NCBI GenBank assembly: GCA_001179505.1
Contig: CDMY01000547.1
Coordinates: 1-53,755, forward strand
Direction of reading: 5' to 3'
DNA length: 53,755 bases
Source of the DNA: Vitrella brassicaformis CCMP3155
Taxonomy: Eukaryota; Protista; Chromerida
Of this stretch, positions 38,232 through 49,489 are shown in pieces. The notes under the pieces were generated by a model. The model saw only the letters and a program-made list of their open reading frames with translations, was not told the origin of the DNA and did not search any database. Numbering within the stretch: position 1 is the stretch's first letter; every line of letters starts with the position of its first letter. A program made the position numbers and the translations under genes.

Positions 38232-38271
38232 CGGCTTGTGTGGGTTAGAGCCGGCTTGTGTGGGTTAGAGC
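38232..38271. repeat. Perfect 20-nt tandem duplication (CGGCTTGTGTGGGTTAGAGC x2) directly upstream of the SOUL ATG
   Basis: Directly visible at 38232-38251 and 38252-38271. Confidence 0.95.
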
Positions 38272-38280
38272 CGACCGATT

Positions 38281-38301
38281 GGGTGCTCCCTGAAACGCTG
38301 C
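38281..38301 (+). promoter_or_regulatory. Putative shared upstream element, copy 2 (GGGTGCTCCCTGAAACGCTGC), in the SOUL/MYB divergent region
   Basis: Near-identical to 521-542. Function is inferred only. Confidence 0.35.
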
Positions 38302-38385
38302 CATGCCGCCTATCCGTGGATAAAGGCTCGCAAAGGGGCGCGATGCAAAATCGAGTGCGCGAAGCGATGAGAAGCTGAGTTGAGG

Positions 38386-41290
38386 ATGGCTTCAGGCTCA
38401 GATGTGTCATGCTCCCCATTGAGGCCAGGCAGGCCACGCGTGTGTGCTACTGACGAGCACTGATGACTGACCTCCCGAGATACCTGCCGGCGGACGCGGG
38501 ATGACATTGTCAGTCCTTGTGTGTGTGGTGTTTGTTGTGATCAGAGTCGCCAGGTCTCCCGTGTGCCCCTCCCGCTGTGCAGACAGGGTCGCCGGTGAAG
38601 GTGGAGACCACCGCAGCCGCGGAGGGTGTGCCGCGAGGAGGAGGAGGTGTTGGTGTTGCAAAGGGGTATCCTGCACCACCTGGACCGCCATACGGGTGAG
38701 AGAACAACAACACAGCACAGCACAGCACACGGAATGGGGGGGCATTGATTGACAGACTGACTGATTCAATGTAATGTTCCTCTCTCTCTGCGTGTCTGCC
38801 TCACCACCGCTTGCAGTTCGAACGACTGGAAGCCTGAGGAGGATCAGCTGCTGCTGAAACTCGCCAAAGAGACTGGAGGTGGGTACATCGCTGCCTTGGT
38901 CAATGTGTGTTCAGCTGGTTTCCTTGATCTGCACATGCGTGTTGTGCGTTGTCAGGTCGTTGCTGGCGTCAGATAGCCGAGGCGTTTCCCAACCACTCGG
39001 ACATCGAGTGCATGATCAGATGGAAAAACAATCTGTCGGGGCTTGACGGCAAGGTGAGGATCGACCGACCGACTCACCGACCTGCTGATGGATGGATGGA
39101 TTCATGTGATTGTGTGTGTTGTCTGTCATCGATGCGGTTGTCCATTCGTTGATTCGTTGATTGAACAGGGTAGCTGGACCAAAGAGGAGGATGATTTGCT
39201 GTATGAGTTGGTGCTGCAGTATGGCCCATCCAAGTGAGTGAGCCAACGATCGAAGCGAAGCAAGCCACAGAGAGATTGGGACGTGGATTGGATTGTCTGT
39301 CTGTTCTGTGTCGTGTCGTCGGTGGTGTTCGCGGTGTGTGTGTCAGTTGGGCCGCTTTGTCCAAGGAACTGAACGAGAAGCTCGTCTACAGGCGACGCTC
39401 TGGTGAGTGAGTGCGCCACCTGCAGGACTCTACACATCTGACCTGTCCAGACACAATCAATCGTCGCTCCTTCATTCCCTTTCTGCCTGTCTGTTGATGT
39501 GTGTGTGCAGCCAAACAGTGTCGTGAGCGGTGGATCAACCACATGGACCCAAGCATCAACCGGTACGCACACACAGGCCGGACAGACGGACGGACAACAA
39601 TCGCTCCATCTTTGTCTGTGTGTGTGTTTTGTGTGTGGTATCCTGTCTGTGCATCAGGGATGCGTGGACGCCCGATGAGGATGACACCTTGATGAAGAAG
39701 CAGAAGGAGCTCGGCAACAAGTGGACGGAGATATCACGACACATACCTGGTAATTAGCCTGCCCACCAACGACAATCTGACACACACCAGCCCCTGTGTG
39801 TGTGTGTCTATGTCCGTTGTGTTGTGTGTCCTTCAGGTCGTACGGAGCTGCAGGTCAAGAATCGTTATCGCGCGCTGATGAAGTTCGGTTCACAGCGGAA
39901 GCCGCGGGAGCCACGTGACCCCAACAAGGCCAAACACACCGAATCGCAGCCGTCAACCAGCAGCCGCCACTCGTCGGAGACCAGCAGACAGCCATCCTCA
40001 CGCAGCGCTGCACCAAGCAGCAAAGATGGTGAGTGAGGAGGGAGGGAGGGAGGCTGGCATAGTACGGACTATGTGTGCATCTTGTCTCTGTGTACGTGAC
40101 GTTCATAGGTGCGTCGCCAAGCCACAAGCGTCCTTGGGCCGACGGCTACCCAACCCCCGCTGTGAGCCAGCCCGCCTCATCCCCTGCCCCCCTCCCTCCC
40201 CCACACCAGTACGGCAGTTTCCCATCCACCCACTGGCAGCCACAGCAGCAGCAGCAGCAGCAGCGGCCGCCCCGCCCATCTGACGCTGCCTATGCCGATC
40301 CCAACGACCCATATCGGCAGTACGGCTACGCTGCGGTCAATCCTTCGGCGTCTTACTACTCTCCGTATGGGCAGCCCACGGGGGGCTACTACGGCAGCCC
40401 ACCAGGGGGCTACTGCGCTCATCGGCGGCACGACCATGGGGGGTCGGGGGCGGAGCGGCACCACTCCTCCCACCACCATCATCATTCCCACCACCATCGG
40501 TCGTCTCACGGCCACCATCGGTCGTATCACGGGCACCACCACCAGCACACGAGCCTGCCCTACCCTTACCCCACCTACAACCCGGCATCATCTGCAGCGG
40601 CGGCCCACCAGTACTACTATGGGTACGGCCAGCGGCCACAGCAGCAGCAGATGGACGGTGTGATGGGAATGGGGATGGGCGGAGGTGGGGACGGGATGTC
40701 CCTGTCGCCGTCTGCGGCTCGGGGGGGGTCAGTCGAGTACTGGTCTGAGCTGCTGGAGCAACGGCTGGCTGCACTCAAGAGGGACCAGGAGCACCACCTG
40801 CACCTCAAGGAATCCATCCAGAAGCAGACACACCAGCTGCAGGAACTCGTGCAGGTACGTGTGTGTACGTGTCGGCGCCTTCTTCATGTGTATGCATCCC
40901 TCTGTGTCTGTCTCTGTTGTGTGTTGGACGCACCAAACCGCTCAGGATCGTCGATTGCCCGGCCACCACGACCACCACGCCCCGTCGAGCTCCCCTCCCG
41001 CCAGCGACCCCTCCAGTGACCCCAAGCGCACCTCGCACCCCACCCCGTCGGCAGACGCCCACGATCAGTCGTCGAAGCGCATCCGCGTCCACCATCACCA
41101 TCATAGCTACCACAATGGCAACGGCAGCGAAGAGTCCGATATGGCGGACTCGACCGTCACCACAACCACCATGGCCACCAGTGGGGACGGGAAGGATAAG
41201 GAGGGTGGTGTGCTCAAGATGCGGCTGGTGCAGAATGGGGCGGGTGGTGCTGCTGCGGGCGAAGGGTTAGAAAGGGTGGGCCAGCGGTGA
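38386..41290 (+). CDS. Three-repeat (R1R2R3) MYB transcription factor; first exon and start uncertain
   Basis: R1 DWKPEEDQLL...WRQIAEAFPNHSDIECMIRWKNNL; R2 GSWTKEEDDLLYELVLQYGPSNWAAL...AKQCRERWINHMDPSI; R3 AWTPDEDDTLMKKQKELGNKWTEISRHIPGRTELQVKNRYRAL. A Gln/His/Tyr-rich tail follows. The repeats begin near 38818. Confidence 0.92.
40491..40532 (+). repeat. 21-nt in-frame tandem duplication in the MYB His-rich tail (HHRSSHG/HHRSYHG)
   Basis: CCACCATCGGTCGT(C/A)TCACGG x2 is directly visible. Confidence 0.9.
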
Positions 41291-42777
41291 ATGACACGGC
41301 TGCCTGCTGGTTTCGTTGACGGCTGGCTGGCTGGCTGGCTGGATGGGATGCTGTCTCTCCGCATTTTTCTCGTCCCTCGTATCTTGTCTCTCTTGTCTGT
41401 TTGTCTCTCCTGTCAGCCAGCCACTCACCCACTCACTCACTCTGTGGTGTAGAGCATCCCCCATCCATCCATCCACCCCCCTTCATCTGATCATGTTCAC
41501 CGCCACGCCGGCTCGCCTTAGTGGAGGGGGCCGGCGTACGACACACATGCATACACACGTGTGTGGGTGGGCACGTAGAATATATGAACCTTGCCCATCC
41601 ATCCACCACTTTTGAAGATTTGTGTGTCTGCCTGGCTGGCTGGCTGGCTGGCTGGCTGGTCGGCTGGCTGTTCGGGGTGCTTGATGGCCCATCTGACCAA
41701 CTGGTGATGGATAGCTGTCCATTCGCGGCGGCACAGCCGACCAAGTTGATGGAAAGCAAGACAGTGGAGGGCACAGCACAACAGACACTTCAGACCCATA
41801 CACAGCAGACAGGCTAGGAAGTGTGTGTATGTCCATCTTTCTGTCTGTCTCGTCTCACAGTCTGCCTGGTCGTGTATAGCGCTTTTCGTGTTTCATATAT
41901 GCATACAGCTACATACCTACATACCTACCTGGATGGATGGATGACTGCATACGCGCAGAGAACTTATCTATCAGTCGTCAGTTTTTTTTGATCACTGACT
42001 GACGACAGGTCGCTAGTCAGTCAAGAGTGTCATATTTTGAAAGAGCGGAGGAGAGCGGCAGGGGCGGGGGAGCCTTTGCTGCCCGCTCGGCCATGGTGTT
42101 GTTGGGTTGAGAGCGCTACTGCGCCGCGCGGGGCCGTCTGTCTGTCTGTCGGCCTCTCTGTGTGTGTGAATGTGCGCCGTGCGTGTGTCGCCTGAGAGAG
42201 TGTTTTCCTTGCTGTGTGTACGATAGACACTAGCTAGGCACACACACATCCAGCCATCCATCCATCTCGATGGATGGCCGCATGGCATGCACTCGTGTTG
42301 GTGAGGGGAGGGGAGGGAGGGGAGGGACTGAGGAGACATCTGACGGATGGAAGAGGCAATTAATGCAGCGTTTCATCCACCATCCCTCTTGCTTTTCCGT
42401 CCGTCCGTCCATCTTGTTCACCCCCCCACGCACATACATACACACATGCGATCAGTCGACCACAGCAGCCAGCCCGACCCCTTACACAGTGAGGGCATGT
42501 AATCCCATTCACGCCATCCTCCATGAATATATATAACGAATGGATCATCACATCATGAGTCATAAAATGTTCGCATACAATGAAATGACCCCGTCGACCA
42601 CTCAGACACACAGGACAGGCGAGGCGTGTCGTGTCGTGTCGTGTCGGCCGAGGGTTAACTAACTAATCATTCAGCCATCCAGCCAGCCAGCCATCCATGC
42701 CATCCACTAGCATCACCACAACACACACATCACTACGACACGCCATACATCGCTCTCTGTCTCTCTGCCTGCGTCGG

Positions 42778-44371
42778 TCACTCTGCGATCTCGAGTGTCA
42801 CGTCTTGCGTCGCAAACAGGATGGTCGGGATGTACTTGCCCGCAGGAATCGCTGTCCCTGATAGTCACACAGACAGACAGACAGACAGGCAGACAGACAG
42901 GCAGACAGACAGGCAGACAGACAGGCAGACAGGTGTCTGCTATCTGCCTCGCGGCATCAACCAACCATTTGAAAAGGGCGCTCACCTGATCTGAAGCAGC
43001 ACGCGCCAACGGAACGACCATCTGCAAGAGGACACACCCATGCCGTCCGTCTGTGTGCCCTCCGGTGTGTGGGGCGGGCATGCTTGTCTTGTTTGCCTTG
43101 CGGTGCTTACCCACTAGGATGTTGAGGTTGCGATCTTCCGTATCGAACTCAATCCTGCAGCACAGCACAGCACCAACACAAGACAAGACGACAAGACACC
43201 ACATCATTGGCTGACACCCTCTCTCCCACTCGTGTCGTGTCACGTCAGCGCACCCGATTTTGCTGCCGACGCCCAACGTGAAGTCCTCGCCCGTCCAGTC
43301 CCGACCAATCGTCAAATCTGACCCGAACCAATCCAATCCACCAATTCAAGGAATAGGAAGCGACGCGGTTGTCTGGCTGGCTGGCCGGCTGGCCGGCTGT
43401 TTATGTGGGAACCTTACTTACCTTGTGCGAATAGGGTCTGGTCTTTGGTGAAGAAAAAGTATCCATGGCTCATCTCCAGGTTGGGTTTGGCGAGGTCCAC
43501 GCCCTCGGGTGCGACGCCGATCATGAACCCACCTTGACGCGGCGGGGTCGCCAGCAGCACCTCCAGCTGCACACACACGTACACACACGCACACATACAC
43601 GGAAGGAGAAGACGACGACATACGATGAGTGAGTGAGTGCATGGTTACGTTAGGTGCGTGCGTACCTACCCTATATTTCGAGTTGAATGGTGGCGAGAAC
43701 TGCACCCCCCCGCAGTCGGTGAGGTGCCACCGGTGACAGTACCTGCTCGAGTACGACAGACTGTTGCCCTCGCAACGAACGTTCTCAGTTATCTGGTGAA
43801 TGCTCCCCACATAACTCTACACAGACACACACACAGGGAACCAACCAGATGCATGCACTGGCAGGCACTTTCATCTGTGCAGTCAGTCCTCAAAAGTGCT
43901 CACCGGCATCGGCCGCACCGCTCTTTTGTAATGATCCCCTCCCTCGAGTGTTTCCTCGGTGGTCACCGTGTTGCTCCTCTTTTGCGGCAGGAAGGGCTCC
44001 TCCTCGTCAGGCACTCGAATGATCGCCTCGCTGGAAATCTCGGGCTCGGCCAGCAAACCCCTCGTGCAGCACGAGAACAGCGACACCTCGTCATCACCGT
44101 TGGCACACTGCGGCTGCGGGGTGGTCATGCAGGCCGAGAAGATAGAGCTCACAATCGGGTGCGGCCGCCTGTGTGTGGAATTGGAGGGCTTCTTGCAGCG
44201 GGGCGGGGGATGAGATCGATTCATCCGCTGCGTGCCCGTGCGAGGCGCACTGCCGGAGGACAGGGCGGCCACCTGCTTCCTGAGGGCGTCCCTCTCCTTG
44301 GCCATTCTGTCTCGTTCCTCAGTCACGCGGCTGAGCTGCTGCCGCAGAAGCGCTACATCATCGCCAGCCAT
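42778..44371 (-). CDS. Coiled-coil + SPRY/B30.2-like domain protein
   Basis: N-terminal heptads LRQQLSRVTEERDRMAKERDALRKQVAAL. In-phase exons give FMIGVA...GYFFFTKDQTLFAQG...FTLGVGSKIGC.IEFDTEDRNLNILVDGRSVG...IPAGKYIPTILF, a typical SPRY beta-sandwich pattern. Confidence 0.75.
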
Positions 44372-44641
44372 GATGCTCAAAACAGCTTGAAGGGAAATTG
44401 GCCCCTGCCGCAGCTAAGCTCGCAGAGGAGACACTTAGGACATTGCGTGAAACCGCTCTCGGGACTCGCGAGCTGCGAGGTGTGACGTCTTTCGCGAATT
44501 CAGCTTCGTAGGTGTCCCTGGAATGGCATCTCGTGTCATCTTGAATCTTTCCCTAAGTTTCGTCATCGACTTCATGAATGCATCGGCGGATGAGTGGCGT
44601 AGTTACATGAGGACGAGATAACGCCGTTGCGGCTCTACGAG

Positions 44642-45778
44642 ATGCGGCGCCTACCTCTGGCTTATCGCATCATCCCATTCCCGCCATGCCCAGCCTCTCA
44701 GCCGGCAGGCGTGATCTGTCGTCGTCATGCGGCAACGCTGCTCAGACCGCATTTCAGCACAACACGAATAGGGCCCGACTGTCCTTCTTGCCTGCCATGC
44801 AGTCATCGGTGTTTTAGCACGGCGCCTGCACAGGAGTCGGACCCGCCCCACCCCTCTCCCACCCACCCCCCTTTGAGCAGCCGTCGGCGCACCCACAAGC
44901 CCCACCCCGAGGTCCACCACAACCACAAGCCGCACCACGGCCACGTCACCCGTCCCCCCTCCCTCCGCCGCCACCACAAGTCGCCTCGCCGGAAGCTGTT
45001 GCTCCGGTTGATCCAGCCTCTCCCCCCGCTCAGCCCAGCACTCCTTTCGCCAACACAGCGTATGCGTCAGTCGATCAACCGGCTGCGCGAGCGTGTGGCG
45101 GCCATGTCCAAGGGCAGGGCAGGATGGCGGCTCAGGGTGCAGCTGCCTCTGGGTCTCAGGGCTCGTGCGCGTGCCCTCAGCCAGCGGTGGGTGGAGGGCC
45201 GGCGGAGGCTCGGGGTGGCCGTGCAGAAGCGGCGGGAGCAGCTCAAACGCATTCGCAAGAGAATCGCTGAGCGATCCAGAAAAGTATGTAGTAAGAGGAT
45301 CAGATAGATGGATTTGCCAGCTGGAATGTGCTACCATCCATCCTTCTTGTCTGGATGTCATGTCTGTCGGTGTGTCATGCAGGCGGCCAAGGGGCTTCGT
45401 GGCATGTGGCGCAAGTACGGTTGGGTGGGTGTGGGCGTGTACTTTTCCATCTACTGGACGGTGCTGATGTCGCTCTACGCGGCGGTGTCGCAGGGCGGCA
45501 TCACGGCCGAGCACCTGCAGTGGCTGCTCGACTACTTCCACCTCGACGACAAACTGGACACACACAAGCTCAAAAAGGGCGCCGACAGCTGGTGGGGCAA
45601 GTTCCTTTTCGCCTGGTTCCTCATGAAGTTCACAGAGCCGCCACGGATGCTCGCCACCATCGCCCTCACGCCACTGGTAGCACGGTGGCTGAGATTGAGA
45701 CAGGCGAGGAGGGCGGGGGCGGCCCTCAAGACCGCTGCTAGTGCTAGTGGCAAGCAGAACGGGGGAAGGCACAAGTGA
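44642..45778 (+). CDS. FAM210/DUF1279-like mitochondrial membrane protein, 2 exons
   Basis: Arg/Ser-rich presequence-like N-terminus (MRRLPLAYR...RCFST). Exon 2 reads MWRKYGWVGVGVYFSIY...GKFLFAWFLMKFTEPPRMLATIALTPLVARWL, matching the DUF1279 signature. Confidence 0.85.
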
Positions 45779-46248
45779 CTGACGTGTGTGTAGGAGATGG
45801 GTGGGTGCCTGCCTGTGTTGTCGTGACTGACAAGTTTTGAAGTGTCGTGCGCGCAAAGTGTAAGTGTGTGTGCGCGTGTGTAGACTAGTGGATGGATGGA
45901 TGAGTGTGGGATTCCTGCGTGTCGTGTCGATGTTGGTGTGTTGGTTGCATTTCATTTTGTAGTCCGGAATATTTGTACGTACACATCCATCCATTTCATT
46001 CGCCTCTGCTGAATGCCATGGGATGTGTGTGAGTGAATCGATACACACAATAAGACAGACACGTACGTACGGCAATTCAGCCCATGCACTCATACTGATG
46101 TGTAGTCTATATGGGTGGCCATTGGAAAACACGTTCGTTCATCGATCCGATCGACAAACCGAAGGCACTTGGCTGCCTGCCTTTTGTATGTCACCCAACA
46201 CAACCAACACACCACGGTACACGCGCTGCACTCTCTCTAGCTCTCTCG

Positions 46249-49200
46249 TCACAAACGGAATCTCCTGACGCCCTCCGGCACGTCGTACCTGCCCGCCTGC
46301 TTCTTCACCGCCACCTCTTTCTTGGCCTCCTGCAGCCATCCCAGCCACACGCGGCACAAGCTGGATGGATGGATGGCCAGATTGGTGGCTCGGCTCATTC
46401 ACCGACAGACCTTGAGAAGCACTTGGTTTTCCTTCTTCATCGTGCGCACCAGTTTCTTGGCGTCCTTGACAGCCTTCTTGCGCTCACTGCAAGCCAGGCA
46501 CAGCACACACCCACACAAGTATCTATCTGTGCTGACTGACTTGCTGTCTGTGTGTTGGTTGCCTCCCTCACCGCCTCTCCTCGGCCGTCTCGCCCTTGCG
46601 TCTGGTCGTATTGACCTCTGGCAGCTGCAGCAGATCGCCCTCGGGGATGGGCGGCGGGGCGCCACGGGAGCCAGACGACGCACCCGTATAGTCCGCAGGC
46701 AGGTCACGACGACTGTACACACACACACACACGCACACCTCATTCGACAGTCGAGATGCATGCACCAGCAATGGGCATGTCCGATGGCTAACGTGTCGAT
46801 GGGTATTTTCTTTGGCGGGTTTGCGGCGGTCGCGGCTGCCTTGGAGATCTTGTAGGGGTGGTTGTAGAGGTTGCTCTTGGTCGATAGGATCGTCTCACAA
46901 TCCCTGATTTGTGTGAACAGGATGCCATCCACAGAACGTCCATCCATACTCATGCGCTGCGCTGTTCATCCGAGCACATCTCTCACACCATGTCCTCACC
47001 ATTGCTCCTTCTCGACTTGCTCGCCAAACACCTGCAGCCAACCAGATAAGACAGACGACACTCATCGATGCAGGCAGGCCCTCGTGGCTGCCTCTCTCTC
47101 TTTCTGTGTCTGTGTCTGTGTCTGTGTGTGTTGCCATTCGTTAGTGACCTCGTCGTATGTGGGCGGCGGCTGCAACTCCATCTCCTCCGCCCTCGCCAGG
47201 ACCCTCTCCTTGTCAAGCGGCACATCCTCCCCGCTTTCATCGGATAAGGAGGAGGAGGCATCATCGTCCTCTGAGCTGTCGCTCTCATGGCCAGGGTCCT
47301 GGTCGCTCTTCCCTGTGTTTAGCACGGTCGTTGCCTGCGCTGCTGCTCCTGCCGCTGCTGCTGCATCAACACGTGTTTTCTCCTCTGCAGTCAGACACAC
47401 ACACAGACGTCATGTGTGGACATCTAGGAGGGATGTGTGTGGTGTGTGTGTCTTTCCTTCGTCCTTTCATTCTTTCTCACTTTTCTGTTTGTCAAGGAAT
47501 TCGTCCAGGAGGTCGTCATACTGCTCGATGCGGCCCCGGGCTTCGTGCAGCCGCGCGTCGTCCTCATCAAGCTGGAACGATCAAACACACGCAGAGAGAG
47601 CAGCGATCGATGCGCGTCAGTGTCAGGCCTCCCTCCCTCTGTCGGTGCGTGTGTACCTCCCCGATTTCATCTTCGTTGTACTCCTCCTCCATGATCTTGT
47701 CAAACCTCTCGTCAAGGCCGTCCACAACCCTGAACACAGCACAGCACACACATGAATGCAATCTATCCATCCTCTCTGTCTGTTGCCATCTATCCATCCA
47801 TTCAGCCATCAATGACCGACCTGTTGCGCCTGGTCGTTCCCGACATCATTGAACCGGTCTCCGATCGGCCGTCTGTGTGTGGTGGTGCCGATGCTGCTGC
47901 TGCTGCTGGACCCCCCCTGCCGTCTTGTGCGCCATGTGTGCCGTCCATGAGTCCCTTCCACTGCAGATAGGCCTCCAGGTCAGGCCGGCCGGTCTTCTTG
48001 GGCGCCCACCCGCCCCACAGCAAGTCGGACTCGTCCACCTGACACGCAAGCAGCACACATATCTGTCCGAACGTCCGTCGTGCCGTGTGTAGGTGCCTGC
48101 GTACCTCTGGTTGGTCGTGTGCAAGTTGGTCGAAGAAGTCGTCGGTGATGTCATCGAAAACCTCGGGCTCCTCCAGCGCACGCTGCACCTCACGCTCTGC
48201 AAACATACACACACAGCCCAGACATACGCCAACATCTTTGTACGTCTGTCACGTCACGTGGGTGACGATGTCTATGTGTGTCTGTCTGCCTCATAGATCT
48301 CACTGACTGACCCACTTACCGTCTTTGTTCATGAGTTGAGGGTTGCGGTCGTATCGTGGGTCATAGTGCGACCCCTCCAGGCTCGCCACATACACACCAC
48401 CAGCACCCCCGATGGGCTTGAGGTGCTGGTTGTAGTCGTAGCCGTCCTTGGGGAAGTAGCACTCGCCAACCTGCATGGCATGGACCCAAGAAACCAACCA
48501 TCCACCACATCCAGCCAGCCAGCCAGGTTAGTGTGGATATATGTGCGTGCGAGTCAGTCAGCGTCTGCGCGTGCCACTCACCAGCTCTGCCTCCGGTTCG
48601 TCCGTTGACGGTGGTGCAGCCACTGCAGCAGCAGCAGCAGCGGCTGGTTGAGCAGGAGAGGCCGGCTCCTCCAAGCCACCTTCATCCCCTTCCAACTCCT
48701 CGTCCTCATCGTCGTCATCATCGTCGATGTCCTCCCACTCATCCGCCGCCTCCTCGCCGCCCAGCGCCAGCCGTCGGGCGGTCGCCTCCAGCTCCTGCAC
48801 CTGACCCATCAAACATGCATGACACACAGGGAAGGAGGGGAGGAATCTACCTACTGAGCTGAGTCGAGTGGCGTGCCTGCCTGCCTGCCCGCCTTGTGTG
48901 CTCACCTCGTCTTCCCACTCGTCGTCTTGGCGCAGGCTGGAAAGGGCCTCGGACGGGATGTGGGCACGCTGAAGAGACTCATCAGCCGCACCATCAGTGC
49001 CCTGAGCACGCACGCCCATCACGACGTACGCTGTGTGGCTTGGCAAGCCTTTGGCGCAAACAAACTGATTGTGTTGTGCGTGTGTGTTGGTACCTACCGG
49101 TTTGTTGGTGATGTGTTTGAGTACGAATTTGGATGCGTGCGGGTCGTCGATGAGTGCATCGTGCTGCGACCGGTGCACCACCTGGAAGTGGAGCGCGTTC

Positions 49201-49314
49201 TTCTTGTCAAACTTCTTCTTCACCTGCACACAACACACCAGCGATCAGATGGCCGCAGACAGACACCGTCCAGTCGTCGGACGAAAGATGGGTCATGTAT
49301 ATCTATCGTACCAT
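46249..49314 (-). CDS. LTV1: LTV1 40S ribosomal subunit biogenesis factor
   Basis: M|VKKKFDKKNALHFQVVHRSQHDALIDDPHAS (LTV1 N-terminus), YFPKDGYDYNQHLKPIG, SMMSGTTRRN, acidic stretches, and C-terminal GETAEERRERKKAVKDAKK. Confidence 0.92.
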
Positions 49315-49489
49315 TTTGAAATCCGGCCGTCAGGTATCCATCCTCAGGATCTCCGATTGAATTAGTCACCCTTTCGAAGCTCGCATGGGGGGCCTAGGAC
49401 ATTACGTGAAACTGCTCGTCGGAGGGAGGGAAGGGAAGGAACGAGATTCGGTGCTTTTGTTCGTCGAGCTGTTTGGATCTATCTATCCG

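Noticed and set aside
44460-44600. 46-codon minus-strand ORF (MKSMTKLRERFK...) upstream of the SPRY gene
   Set aside because: It could be a uORF, but the TSS is unknown and it cannot be spliced in frame convincingly.
44651-46132. 493-aa minus-strand ORF
   Set aside because: It is the antisense shadow of the FAM210-like gene plus UTR repeats.
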